Positions 29,757-39,020 are shown, counted from the stretch's first letter. The stretch is 64,000 nt of DNA from an uncultured Chloroflexia bacterium (GCA_963819655.1 CAWFXA010000001.1:1-64000), one strand, 5' to 3'. Program-made: numbers and translations. Notes: generated from the sequence alone by a model not told the origin.

Positions 29757-30719
29757 ATGATTTCCACCACCACCACCACAGTCGTCCTTGAACCCGCGGC
29801 TCAGCAGTTTGCGGGTGCGACTGCAAATCCGCCGTATCTCTTCGACCTCGGGCCGATCGAGGGCCGGAAGGCCGTCGACGAAGTGCAGGCCGGCGAGATC
29901 GAGAAGCCGGTCGTTGACGTCGTGGACACGACCATCCCCGGCGGCCCGTCCGGAGCCGTGTCGATCCGGATCCTGCGTCCGAAGGACGCCAACGGCCTGC
30001 TGCCGGTGATTCTGTACACGCATGGCGCCGGATGGGTGTTCGGCAACGCCCACACCCACGACCGTCTGGTCCGGGAGCTGGCCCAAGGTACCGGCGCGGC
30101 CGTGGTCTTCACCAACTACAGCCTCTCGCCAGAGGCTCGTTACCCCACCGCCATTGAGGAGATCTACAGCGTCCTCGAGTGGATTGCCGACCGGGGCGCC
30201 GACCAGCAGCTGGACGGGTCCCGTATTGCGGTCGCCGGAGACTCGGTGGGCGGAAACATGAGTGCCGCGATGACGCTGATGGCGAAGCAGCGGTCAGGCC
30301 CGCACCTTGCAGCCCAGCTGTTGTTCTACCCGGTCACCGACGCGAACTTCGAGACCGACTCGTACCGCCAGTTCGCGGAGGGCTTCTTCCTGCGTCGCGA
30401 CGGGATGCAGTGGTTCTGGGACCAGTACACCACCGACGACGAAGAGCGGAATGAGATCACCGCGTCGCCCCTGCGCGCGACGACCGCGGAGCTATCGGGT
30501 CTTCCGAAGGCGCTCGTGATCACGAGCGAGGCTGACGTGCTGCGTGACGAAGGTGAAGCCTACGGGCGCAAGCTTCGTCGGGCGGGAGTCGACGTCACCG
30601 CGACGCGCTACGAGGGCATCATCCACGACTTCGTGATGCTCAACGCGCTCCGCGGTACCAATGCCGCCGGTGCAGCGATTGCGCAGGCGATCGCGTTCCT
30701 CAAGGTCGCGCTCGCGTGA
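29757..30719 (+). CDS. HSL-family esterase/lipase
   Basis: HGAGW, GDSVGG, DVLRDEG, HDF. Confidence 0.93.
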   Translation: MISTTTTTVVLEPAAQQFAGATANPPYLFDLGPIEGRKAVDEVQAGEIEKPVVDVVDTTIPGGPSGAVSIRILRPKDANGLLPVILYTHGAGWVFGNAHTHDRLVRELAQGTGAAVVFTNYSLSPEARYPTAIEEIYSVLEWIADRGADQQLDGSRIAVAGDSVGGNMSAAMTLMAKQRSGPHLAAQLLFYPVTDANFETDSYRQFAEGFFLRRDGMQWFWDQYTTDDEERNEITASPLRATTAELSGLPKALVITSEADVLRDEGEAYGRKLRRAGVDVTATRYEGIIHDFVMLNALRGTNAAGAAIAQAIAFLKVALA

Positions 30720-30789
30720 CGACCTGAGCGGGCGAGGCCTGTCCACAGGAGGGGCCTTGCCCGTTCCTCATCTGAATGAGGAGAATCCG

Positions 30790-31222
30790 ATGATCACGTT
30801 ATCGAACCTGCTTCGCCCGACCATCGTCGCCCGTGCCCACTGTGACATCCCGTGCGGCATCTACGATCCCGAGCAGGCGCGGATCGAGGCCGAGTCGTGT
30901 TACCGGATCATCGAGAAGTACCACGCCAGTAACGACCCCGTTTTCCGGGCCCGCTGCATCTATGTCAAGGAGCAGCGCGCAGAGCTCGTCAAGCAGCTCC
31001 TCGACATCCTCTGGCACGACTACTTCAAGCCCGGACACTTGGATCAATACCCAACCCTCCACCAGACCTTCTGGACTGCGACGAAGCAGGCATCGAAGGT
31101 CAGATGGTCGCTCGACCTCGCCCTCGCGGCAGAGTTGCTCACCATGTATCGACGCGATCGACGCGATCTGGAAGGCCACGGGCGGCCTCGAGAACACGCG
31201 CGTCAACTGCCGGCCGACTTGA
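30790..31222 (+). CDS. sodN: Nickel superoxide dismutase (frameshift near 31147)
   Basis: Leader ending ARA then Ni-hook HCDIPCGIYDP; LWHDYFKP. Confidence 0.92.
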
Positions 31223-31433
31223 CTCACGCGCGGCTCGAGACGAAATGGGTGTCGGCCAGTCGCGCAGCCTGGCCGGACCAGGAGTTCATGACTTTCGACA
31301 ACTGGGAGTAAGGGGAACAGCGGGAACCACTCCCCTTCCTAAACGGGTTCGACCGCGGTACGGTCCATCCGCGGGATCACTTGAACGTACGACGATCACC
31401 TGACTCCGTCCCACATGTTCAACCTGATTGCCT

Positions 31434-31549
31434 GCCGGACCAACCGAAATCGAGTCCGCGCCACGCTCAATCCGCACCGACGATCGACAGAAATGTCGGG
31501 AGTCCTCTGGATCAGGAGATCGAAGGTTCGAATCCTTCCTCGCCAGCCA
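31434..31549 (+). repeat. att-like copy 3: ~70-bp arm plus tRNA-Gln 3' half (core 31505-31549)
   Basis: CTCTGGATCAGGAGATCGAAGGTTCGAATCCTTCCTCGCCAGCCA identical to the other copies. Confidence 0.9.
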
Positions 31550-31618
31550 GCTCCGCCTCAGGTGGCGGCGCCATCAAGGCCAACTGAAGGGCAGGGGCAC
31601 GATCATCGACGCGCCTAG

Positions 31619-32533
31619 ATGAGCCTCAACGAACTTCTCGGCTGGATCGTGTCGCACGGGCTAGCCCTGCTCGTGGGCGGCCTGGTCCTGCTCGCCCTTT
31701 ATCGCTTTGCCGTGAGGATGACGCACCGCGTCGTCATGGGGCTGCTCCAGGTCCAGAGCGCGACGCTCCAGGCGGGGAGCGACCCTGCCGCAGAGCAACA
31801 GAAACGGGCGGTGACGCTCGAGGTCGTCCTCGGGAAACTGGTCCGCGCCGGCTTCCTTGTCGCCTTGGTCATCCTGGTCCTTGGCGTGTTCGACCTCTGG
31901 CAGCTCCTCGCCGGTCTCGGGCTGGTCGCCGCGGCCCTCACGCTCGCCGGGCAGGCGATCGTGCTCGACTACCTGATGGGGATCCTGATCCTTGTCGAGG
32001 GCCCGTTCTACAAAGGCGACTGGATCGCTGTGCAGGCCGCTCCGGGAGCGATCACCGAAGGTGAGGTCGATGAGATCGGCCTGCGCCGTACGACGCTCCG
32101 CGATGGGGTGGGCGCGCTCCACTCGGTCTCGAACGGGCTGATCCGCGTCTCGTCGAACCTGACCCGCGTCTACTCGATCGCGTCGGTCGACGTCCAGATC
32201 CTGCGGCCGCAGGACCTCGATCGGGCGATCGCGGTCGCCGGTCGGGTGGGGCGCGGCCTCGGAGACGACCCGGCGTGGAGCGGTCGTCTGTTCGACTCGC
32301 CGATCGACACGTGGGTGACGGCGCTCACGCTCGACGGCGCGGCGATCACGGTCCGTCGCCGCGTGCCGCCGGACCTCCGTCTCGCGGCGACCAGCGAGAT
32401 GCGTCGTCGCCTTTCGGTGGCCTTCGCGGCCGAGTCGATCGGGACCGGCCGATGGGACACCCCGCCGGCACCAGCCGCGTCGGTGGCCACCGCCACGGAA
32501 TCGCCGGGCCTGGACGATGTACCCGACGAATAG
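31619..32533 (+). CDS. MscS family mechanosensitive channel
   Basis: TM helices, GILILVEGPFYKGDWI, GEVDEIGLRRT.LR, NG.I..N.TR. Confidence 0.88.
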   Translation: MSLNELLGWIVSHGLALLVGGLVLLALYRFAVRMTHRVVMGLLQVQSATLQAGSDPAAEQQKRAVTLEVVLGKLVRAGFLVALVILVLGVFDLWQLLAGLGLVAAALTLAGQAIVLDYLMGILILVEGPFYKGDWIAVQAAPGAITEGEVDEIGLRRTTLRDGVGALHSVSNGLIRVSSNLTRVYSIASVDVQILRPQDLDRAIAVAGRVGRGLGDDPAWSGRLFDSPIDTWVTALTLDGAAITVRRRVPPDLRLAATSEMRRRLSVAFAAESIGTGRWDTPPAPAASVATATESPGLDDVPDE

Positions 32534-32584
32534 CACGTCGCCGCCGCATTTCCCGGTCACCGCAGAGCACTCTGAGAGGTGGGC

Positions 32585-33118
32585 ATGGCCAGGGTCGTGT
32601 CTTTGATGAACGGGTCGCTCGACGGTTTCGTCGAAACGCCGGACCACTCGATCGACTGGGCGAAGGCCGACGACGAGCTCTTCGTGTGGTTCATCGATCG
32701 CGCGCGCGAGGCCGACGTTTCTGTCTACGGCCCGCGGCTCTGGGAGGTGATGGCCGCCTAGTGGCCGACCGGCGAGGCCGACCCGGACGCGACAGAGCCG
32801 ATGCGCGAGTTCGCCCGGACCTGGAACGCGACGCCGAAGGTGGTCTTCTCGCACGAGCTCGAATCCGTCGAGCACGGCGCACGGCTCGTCCGCGGCGACG
32901 TTGGTGAGGAGCTGGCGAAGCTGCAGCGCGAGTTCGACGGCGAGATCGACGTGGATGGACCGACGCTCGCGGCGGAATTCATCGAACGCGGTCTCGTCGA
33001 CGAGTATCGGCTGATGGTGCACCCCGTCGTCCTCGGCGCGGGAACGCCGTTCCTCCCGCCCGGTGTGTCGCGTTCGACCTCCGCACGATCGAGACGCGGG
33101 CCACGGCTAAGCACTTGA
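32585..33118 (+). pseudogene. RibD C-terminal/DHFR family protein, disrupted
   Basis: SLDGFVE, PKVVFS, GLVDEYRLMVHPVVLGAG; in-frame TAG at 32759 and degraded 3' end. Confidence 0.8.
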
Positions 33119-33201
33119 CCACAGCTGGGACATGCAATGTCTACCCCCTTCCTCGGACGGCTGCTTCGCCTGCACGCCTCGGGTAGGTTGCATAAGGGGT
33201 A

Positions 33202-33232
33202 TTGACCTTGGAGCGACTCCATGGTCTAGGGT
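33202..33232 (+). promoter_or_regulatory. MerR-type promoter (19-bp spacer with dyad), leaderless
   Basis: TTGACC-N19-TAGGGT; dyad ACCTTGGAG-CGA-CTCCATGGT; ATG 6 nt downstream. Confidence 0.8.
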
Positions 33233-33238
33233 GCCACC

Positions 33239-34327
33239 ATGGCAGCGACACCAGAGACCGGCTTTCTCGTCATCGCCGACCTGACCGGGTACACGGCCTA
33301 TCTGTCGGGAAGTGAGATCGAGCACGCGCCGGCGATCGCCGGTGACCTCCTCGAAACGATCGTCGGGCGCCTCGATCCGCCTTTCCGACTGGCCAAGTTC
33401 GAAGGCGACGCCGCCTTCCTCTGGGTCGAGGACGGGCGCGCCGAGGGGCCGCTGCTCGTTGACGCCATCGAGGCCTCGTATCTCGCCTTCCGTCGCCGCC
33501 TGCGGAGCATCGACCAGGCGACCAGCTGCGACTGCAACTCGTGCCGGCTGGCGCCGCGGCTCGACCTCAAGCTCTTCATCCACCACGGCTCTTATGTCCG
33601 GACGCGGATCGCGGGCCGCGATGAGCTCGCCGGGCCGGACGTCATCGTCGTCCATCGCCTGCTCAAAGGTGCCAGCGCCGCTGCGGCGTCTGGCAAGGGC
33701 TTTGCGCTCTTCACCGCGTCGGCCGTCGAGGCGCTCGGGCTCGATGCCGGCGCGCTTGGACTGACAGAGGCGGAGGAAACGGTCGAGCACCTTGGCGACG
33801 TATCGACGTTCACCCTCGATCTCGAGGCCCGATGGCAGGCGGAGAGCGACCAGCGCCGCCTGGATTTCGGCAACTCGGAACCGATCCTTGCCCTGGACAC
33901 GACCATTGCTGCCGAACCCGCCGTGGTCTGGGCCTACCTCACCTCGCCGACCCACCGAACCCGCTGGGAGGGACCGATCGTGATCGAGGAGACCCTGGCC
34001 GGCGGCCGCCGCGGCGTCGGATCGCTCGCCCAGTGCGTGACCGGACGGCTCGCGACGCTTGAGGAGATCGTCGACTGGCAGCCCTACGACCATGTCGGCT
34101 GGCGACTCACGGTTCCCGGCGTCGGGCCCGTTGCGGCGGCGGCCGACCTCGACCCGGTCGATCGCGGCACACGCGTCCGGTTGCGATGGGAGTACCTGGG
34201 TACGCCGCCCGTCGACGCCCAGGCCATGCAGGCGGTCCACGCGGAGCGGGAGGCTGCCTTCGAGCGCCTCGCGAGCGTCGTCGCCGGCGAGTTACCGGTC
34301 ATCGGGGAGAGGGCGGTTGCCAAGTGA
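33239..34327 (+). CDS. DUF2652 (class III cyclase-like) plus SRPBCC domain protein
   Basis: IADLTGYT, KFEGDA, CDCNSC, LK..HHG, GPDVIVVHRLLK; C-terminal START-like domain. Confidence 0.8.
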   Translation: MAATPETGFLVIADLTGYTAYLSGSEIEHAPAIAGDLLETIVGRLDPPFRLAKFEGDAAFLWVEDGRAEGPLLVDAIEASYLAFRRRLRSIDQATSCDCNSCRLAPRLDLKLFIHHGSYVRTRIAGRDELAGPDVIVVHRLLKGASAAAASGKGFALFTASAVEALGLDAGALGLTEAEETVEHLGDVSTFTLDLEARWQAESDQRRLDFGNSEPILALDTTIAAEPAVVWAYLTSPTHRTRWEGPIVIEETLAGGRRGVGSLAQCVTGRLATLEEIVDWQPYDHVGWRLTVPGVGPVAAAADLDPVDRGTRVRLRWEYLGTPPVDAQAMQAVHAEREAAFERLASVVAGELPVIGERAVAK

Positions 34328-34785
34328 TCAGATCAAAGACGGAACAGGTGATCGAACGTCCAGCCGCCGACATCTGGACCTATGCGGCCGACATCGTGCG
34401 GCACCCGGAGTGGATGGGCGTCACCGACGCCCGACTCATGCGTGGGACTGGCTCCGATGCCGGCTCGCGGGGCCGGGAGCGCTTGGCCCTCGGGCCGTTC
34501 AAGTGGGACGTGGAATTCGAGGTCGCAGAATCCGATCCGGGGCGACGCATCGTCTGGCGCTCCGTCGCCGGGGCGCCGTTCGATATCGAGATCTCCCTGG
34601 ACCTGGAGCGTGCCGGTCCGACGACGACACGTGCGACCTACAGCGCGGCCATCGAGCCGCACGGGCTCTGGCGGCTGCTCTCGCCGTTGCTGGCCGCGGA
34701 AGGCAAGGCCGGACCCGAGCGGGAGCTGCGACGCCTCAAGGAGAACCTCGAGCGATTCGCGGCATCGGCCGCGGCGACGTCCTGA
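34324..34785 (+). CDS. SRPBCC family protein
   Basis: I.RPAADIW.Y.AD...HPEW...EL.RLKE.LE; GTGA overlap with upstream gene. Confidence 0.85.
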   Translation: MIRSKTEQVIERPAADIWTYAADIVRHPEWMGVTDARLMRGTGSDAGSRGRERLALGPFKWDVEFEVAESDPGRRIVWRSVAGAPFDIEISLDLERAGPTTTRATYSAAIEPHGLWRLLSPLLAAEGKAGPERELRRLKENLERFAASAAATS

Positions 34786-34807
34786 ACCAGGAGCGTGTCT
34801 AGGGAGC

Positions 34808-34975
34808 GGCATCGAAGCCGTCATGGCGGACCTCCGCGGACGCGGAGTGGTCTTTGGGGACGATGACCTCGGCGAGCTCAGACCGTCGACGGTCTGGCCG
34901 ACGTCGGAGCGGCGAAGGCGGCCTGGTTCAGGACAGCGAGGGGCAACACACTCGAGCTCAACGAGGTGCTGTGAG
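34808..34975 (+). pseudogene. C-terminal remnant of a VOC protein
   Basis: IEAVMADLRGRGVVF...KAAWF.DSEG across frames. Confidence 0.55.
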
Positions 34976-35062
34976 GTCGGATGGTTCGGCCCCCGATCCC
35001 GCGCGATCGCCCGGTTCGTTGCCCGGATCCGCAGCGGCTTTCATCCCCCGTGACAGAGCGGA

Positions 35063-35093
35063 TTGACATTCGAAGCGCTCCAAGGTTTGCTCT
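35063..35093 (+). promoter_or_regulatory. Second MerR-type site upstream of merR gene
   Basis: TTGACA followed by TTCGAAGCGCTCCAAGGT, similar to the 33205 dyad. Confidence 0.65.
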
Positions 35094-35097
35094 CCGA

Positions 35098-35562
35098 ATG
35101 CGGATCGGAGAGCTGGCACAGCGTGTCGGTGTGTCGACGGACACAGTCCGCTTCTACGAGCGCTCGGGTTGGCTTCCCCGTCCAGCCCGCCGCGACAACG
35201 ACTACCGCGACTACGGCGAAGCCGATGCGGAGCATCTGCGCCTGCTGATCGACCTCCGACGACTCGACCTGCCACTCGAAGATGCCGCTCGGATTGCGTC
35301 CTGGTGCCATGCCGGCCACTGCGTCGACACGACCAACGAGTTGCCGATGCTCATCGCCGAGCGCCGCGCGGCCGTCGCCGACCGCATGGCTGGGCTGGCG
35401 GAGCTCGATGCTCGTCTCGCGAGCCTCGAGCGTCACCTCGCCAAGCCGCCCCGCGACCTCACCGTGGTCGGGACAGCTCCCTGCTGCGATGCTGCCGATG
35501 CCGTTGGTGGATCAGCCAAGAGTGGCTGTCCCTGCTGCGCGTCCGGCCTGGCCGAGGCCTGA
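35098..35562 (+). CDS. MerR family regulator with Cys-rich C-terminus
   Basis: MRIGELA...TVRFYERSG; WCHAGHC, PCCDA, GCPCC. Confidence 0.92.
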   Translation: MRIGELAQRVGVSTDTVRFYERSGWLPRPARRDNDYRDYGEADAEHLRLLIDLRRLDLPLEDAARIASWCHAGHCVDTTNELPMLIAERRAAVADRMAGLAELDARLASLERHLAKPPRDLTVVGTAPCCDAADAVGGSAKSGCPCCASGLAEA

Positions 35563-35720
35563 ATGCCAGCGTACGCGAGAACGGGGCTTGACCGAAGGGG
35601 GGTCGACGAGTTGGGCGCGCGACGCGCGGTGACGCGGATTCCACGCTTGTGCCACGACGCTTGGGCCGAACTACTCGTAATCAGCAGGTCTTCGCCGGCG
35701 GGATCCCTTCCGTTGACGTA

Positions 35721-36602
35721 TCAAGCGAGAGGCAGCCCGCGAAGCTTGTCCGGGTCGGCGATGAGGTCGATCTCGACGATCCGGCCGTTGGCCACCGTGA
35801 ACGCATATAGGAGTGTCCGAGCCGGGAACCGAACCAGCAGCCCCGGGGCGCCGTTGACGATGACCGGCTCGAACGCGACACCGATCTCCCGGAAGTTCTT
35901 CGCCTGGCTCGCGACCGCCTCGGCACCGATGATCGGTGGCCGCGCGAACGCGCGCGGCGCATTCGGGCCACCGTCGAACCGGACGACGACGTTCGGATCC
36001 AGCACATGAAGAAGCGCGTCGAAGTCGCCCTCGCGTGCAGCAGCAAGGAAGGCGTCGACGACCCGCCGCTGGACCGCGAGGTCGGCATCTGGCTCGGACG
36101 CCTGCGCCCGGACGCGTCGGCGGGCACGGCTGGCGAGCTGACGGGTCGCAGCAGGTGATCGCTCAACCAACGGCGCTATCTCGTCGAACGACACGCCGAA
36201 CACGTCATGCAGCACGAGCGAGAGCCGCTCCGCCGGCGTCAGCGACTCGAGGACCACGAGCAGCGCCAGCCCGACTGAGTCGGCCATGATCGTGCTGCGC
36301 TCCGGCTCAGCGTCCTTGGCCATCCGGACGATCGGCTCCGGAAGCCAGGAACCGGCGAGCTGTTCATTGCGTGACTTGCGTCGGCGGAGCGTGTCGAGGC
36401 AGATCCGGCCGACGACCACGGTCAGCCAGCCACGGAGGTCGTCGGTCCCGCCGGGATCCCTTCGGTCGAGCCGCAGCCAGGCCTCCTGCACCGCGTCGTC
36501 GGCCTCGCTGACCGACCCGAGCATGCGGTAGCCAACGGCGCGCAGGTGCCCGCGGTGCCGCTCGAACTCCTCGACCAGCCAGTCGCGTCGCGTCAAGGTC
36601 AT
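35721..36602 (-). CDS. ECF41/SigJ-type sigma factor with SnoaL-like extension
   Basis: ADDAVQEAWLR, WLPEP, DGG, VNGAPG, DPDKL motifs. Confidence 0.9.
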   Translation of the reverse strand: MTLTRRDWLVEEFERHRGHLRAVGYRMLGSVSEADDAVQEAWLRLDRRDPGGTDDLRGWLTVVVGRICLDTLRRRKSRNEQLAGSWLPEPIVRMAKDAEPERSTIMADSVGLALLVVLESLTPAERLSLVLHDVFGVSFDEIAPLVERSPAATRQLASRARRRVRAQASEPDADLAVQRRVVDAFLAAAREGDFDALLHVLDPNVVVRFDGGPNAPRAFARPPIIGAEAVASQAKNFREIGVAFEPVIVNGAPGLLVRFPARTLLYAFTVANGRIVEIDLIADPDKLRGLPLA

Positions 36603-36637
36603 CTCCAGACCGTCAGCTCACGCTGCACCGGGTGGCA

Positions 36638-37120
36638 TCAGCCCACCTGACCGCCCAGCGCGCGGAGCCGGATGAAACGCTGCGTGCCCGCGGCCCGCAT
36701 CATCCAGCGCTGGACAAGGGGGAAGGCGAAGGCCGCCTTATCGCGGCCGACGATCGTCGGGTCGGTCATGACGAGATCCTCGCCGCGCCAGCGCAGCGTG
36801 CAGCCGCCGGCGGCCACCACGTTGTGGACCCACTGGGTCCGATCGCCGAATGGGAGCGCGATGAAGTACCCGTCGGCCGTCTCACGCAACCCGACCGGGA
36901 CGGCGTACTCGCGCCCCGAGCGGCGGCCACGATGACGAAGCACCGCGAAGAGTGGGAACCAGCGCCGCCCGGCAAGCGGCCGGGTCAGCCTCCCCATGAA
37001 TCGGCCAGCAGGAAGGAGCACCGAAACCGCGCGGGGCGGCCGTGTCCCCGCCAGGGTTGTGCCGTCGGTGGGCGCCTCGGTGAGCGCGTCGTCGCGTTCG
37101 GTCGTGGCCATCCTGTCCAT
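36638..37120 (-). CDS. Deazaflavin (F420)-dependent nitroreductase family protein
   Basis: LRHRGRRSGREY.VPV, WVHNV.AAG. Confidence 0.82.
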   Translation of the reverse strand: MDRMATTERDDALTEAPTDGTTLAGTRPPRAVSVLLPAGRFMGRLTRPLAGRRWFPLFAVLRHRGRRSGREYAVPVGLRETADGYFIALPFGDRTQWVHNVVAAGGCTLRWRGEDLVMTDPTIVGRDKAAFAFPLVQRWMMRAAGTQRFIRLRALGGQVG

Positions 37121-37180
37121 TCCTTCCGTACGAGGGCCGGCGTTGCTGTCAGGGACGGCCGGCGATCCATCCACACCACG

Positions 37181-37207
37181 TACGCAGAGGACTCGCCTTG
37201 TGTGACT
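37181..37207 (-). promoter_or_regulatory. ECF41-like promoter
   Basis: AGTCACA-N16-CGTA versus the known TGTCACA-N16-CGTC consensus. Confidence 0.6.
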
Positions 37208-37230
37208 CGCGGCTGACCGACCTCGGCCAC

Positions 37231-37671
37231 TCAGGGGGTCCTCTTCGATTGAAGCTCGGCGATCTGGGCCCGGGCGGCCGCGACGAGCTCCTCATTCGTG
37301 TTGGCGTGCCCGGCCAGGCCCCAGCCGCCCTCGATCGCCTCGGTGAGCAAGACCCATGTCCGCTCCGCGAGTGAAGCGTCGCCGGCCGCTTCCCCCGCGA
37401 TCGTCGAGAAGCGGGACACGACCGCCAGTTGCTTGGCGCGATCGAGCGCGCCCGCATTCGTCAGCACCTGGATCCGGACGTACGTGCTGTCGCCATCGAC
37501 GTTGGAAGTCGCTGCCGGCGGCAGCTCGTGGACGAAGCCCGCGGTGTTCTTCCGGAACATGGGGATGTCCGGCACCCCTTCCATCGCCATGAGCTCGGAG
37601 GCCAGCTTCTGGGCGAGGCCGTGGGGGTCGCGGAACGTCCCGGCGGCGGCGTAGACGTCGATCATCGGCAT
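37231..37671 (-). CDS. Tautomerase family protein, copy 1
   Basis: N-terminal Pro (MPMID), two beta-alpha-beta units, GGWG. Confidence 0.82.
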   Translation of the reverse strand: MPMIDVYAAAGTFRDPHGLAQKLASELMAMEGVPDIPMFRKNTAGFVHELPPAATSNVDGDSTYVRIQVLTNAGALDRAKQLAVVSRFSTIAGEAAGDASLAERTWVLLTEAIEGGWGLAGHANTNEELVAAARAQIAELQSKRTP

Positions 37672-37710
37672 TCGAGAAGTCCTTTCGATTTGTTGTCCGC
37701 CACCGGGCCG

Positions 37711-38001
37711 TTAGGGCGCTCCTCGAGCAGACCTCCTCTGAAGGCTATCGACGAGCCGTAAACAACGATCGTAGATACCCATGAGCCACGGGACGACGAG
37801 GTACACGGCCAGCGCCACAGTGACCAGGGTCAGCACGAACACGCGGAGCAACGGATCCCAGCCCACGCTGAACGGGGCCATCACCGTGATGCCGATGGCA
37901 ACGAGGGGGAAGATCGCGAGCCAGGTGAGCGCGGCGCGGACGTGGATCGACGGCGGCGTGCGGGCTGACGAAGGCGAAGGATCTGGGTCGGGTCGAGTCA
38001 T
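37711..38001 (-). CDS. Small two-TM membrane protein
   Basis: ALTWLAIFPLV...LVVP.L. Confidence 0.6.
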   Translation of the reverse strand: MTRPDPDPSPSSARTPPSIHVRAALTWLAIFPLVAIGITVMAPFSVGWDPLLRVFVLTLVTVALAVYLVVPWLMGIYDRCLRLVDSLQRRSARGAP

Positions 38002-38035
38002 GAATGGGCCTCCGGCGACAGCCGATCTCTGGCCG

Positions 38036-38383
38036 CTACAGCCAGATGTATTCCTCGGCGACGGCGCCGTCCTGCCACCTCGCCAAGGTCACCATCCGGT
38101 TACCGTTTTCGAGCTCGCCGACCACGCACGTCCAGTCTCCAGAGCCGAACCGGATCGGATGGGACTTGACCTGAAGAGGCACCCCACCGGTGCTCTCGAC
38201 GAAGGCCTTCATTGCCTCGATGTGCTCACGTATGCCGTGGGTCGAAGCCTGCCCGTGGACATCCACGAGAACGTCATCAGTGTGGTGGCGGGTGAAGACA
38301 CCCTCCCAGTCCGCTTCATTCCAGCCCGCGAAGTCAAGCTCGTCCATCCGTTGAAGGTTGCTCACTACTGTTTCATCGGCCAC
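38036..38383 (-). CDS. SnoaL/ester cyclase-like protein
   Basis: LDF.GWN.ADW, HPIRFGSGDWT, ARWQDG...EE. Confidence 0.75.
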   Translation of the reverse strand: MADETVVSNLQRMDELDFAGWNEADWEGVFTRHHTDDVLVDVHGQASTHGIREHIEAMKAFVESTGGVPLQVKSHPIRFGSGDWTCVVGELENGNRMVTLARWQDGAVAEEYIWL

Positions 38384-39020
38384 GACTGTTGTCTCCTTTC
38401 AGGTCGATTCCTTGGCGCCGTATTCGGGCGTGCTTGGCTTCTCGGTGTTGGCGAAGTAGTTCGAACGCGAGCGAACCGGGAGGCGCAGCCGCATCGGAGC
38501 GGGTCGCGTGGGCCACGATGGCGTCCGCGATGGAGCGGTCTTCGGCGGGTCTTGGATAGGCGTCGAGGACCTCCTGGCGCAGTCGGTCCGCTAGGCCGTC
38601 GGTGATTCGGCCCGCATCGACGAAGACTCCCCTGTGCGTGAGGGACGTGATCAGGCCGCGCCGGTGAGCGATGCCGAGCGACGCGTGCAGTGCGATCGCC
38701 TCCCAAACCCGGTCGACGTCGCGTTCGGCGACGCCGAGCCCACGAAGGAGGGCAGCAGCTAGATCGGCGCCCTCAACCTCGAAACGAGCCTCGCCTGTCG
38801 CGTGCTCACCGAGTCCAAGGTCGTGCATGACGGTCGCGGCGAAGAGCAGGTCCTCGTCGTACTCGGCGTCAGTCAGACAGCCCTCGTGGTCGGCGAGCAG
38901 GCGGGCGAACAGGAAGCTGCGGATGCTGTGGTCGACGATCGGCTGGCTTACCGAGGCGCGGGCAGTTGCGAGGCTGGCATCGGCAAGCACCCCAGTCGGG
39001 AGCACCAGGATGTCGTTCAT
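38373..39020 (-). CDS. HD-domain protein (cyanamide hydratase-like)
   Basis: HSIRS, MHDLG, RFEVEGAD.A, WEAIALH; exact stop uncertain. Confidence 0.82.
   Translation of the reverse strand: MNDILVLPTGVLADASLATARASVSQPIVDHSIRSFLFARLLADHEGCLTDAEYDEDLLFAATVMHDLGLGEHATGEARFEVEGADLAAALLRGLGVAERDVDRVWEAIALHASLGIAHRRGLITSLTHRGVFVDAGRITDGLADRLRQEVLDAYPRPAEDRSIADAIVAHATRSDAAAPPGSLAFELLRQHREAKHARIRRQGIDLKGDNSRGR

Larger units (their letters stand above)
25366..31549. mobile_element. 6.2-kb integrase-less unit between att copies 2 and 3
   Basis: Direct repeats at both ends; carries AAA-LuxR, two hydrolases and sodN. Confidence 0.6.

Noticed and set aside
9049-31549. CRISPR array or integron attC array
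   Set aside because: The repeats are 6-16 kb apart and are tRNA sequence; no cas or intI genes and no attC structure are visible.
32759-32761. Pyrrolysine or amber readthrough in the RibD/DHFR gene
   Set aside because: It fits TAC-to-TAG at a Tyr position in a gene with a degraded 3' end, and no pyl genes are seen.
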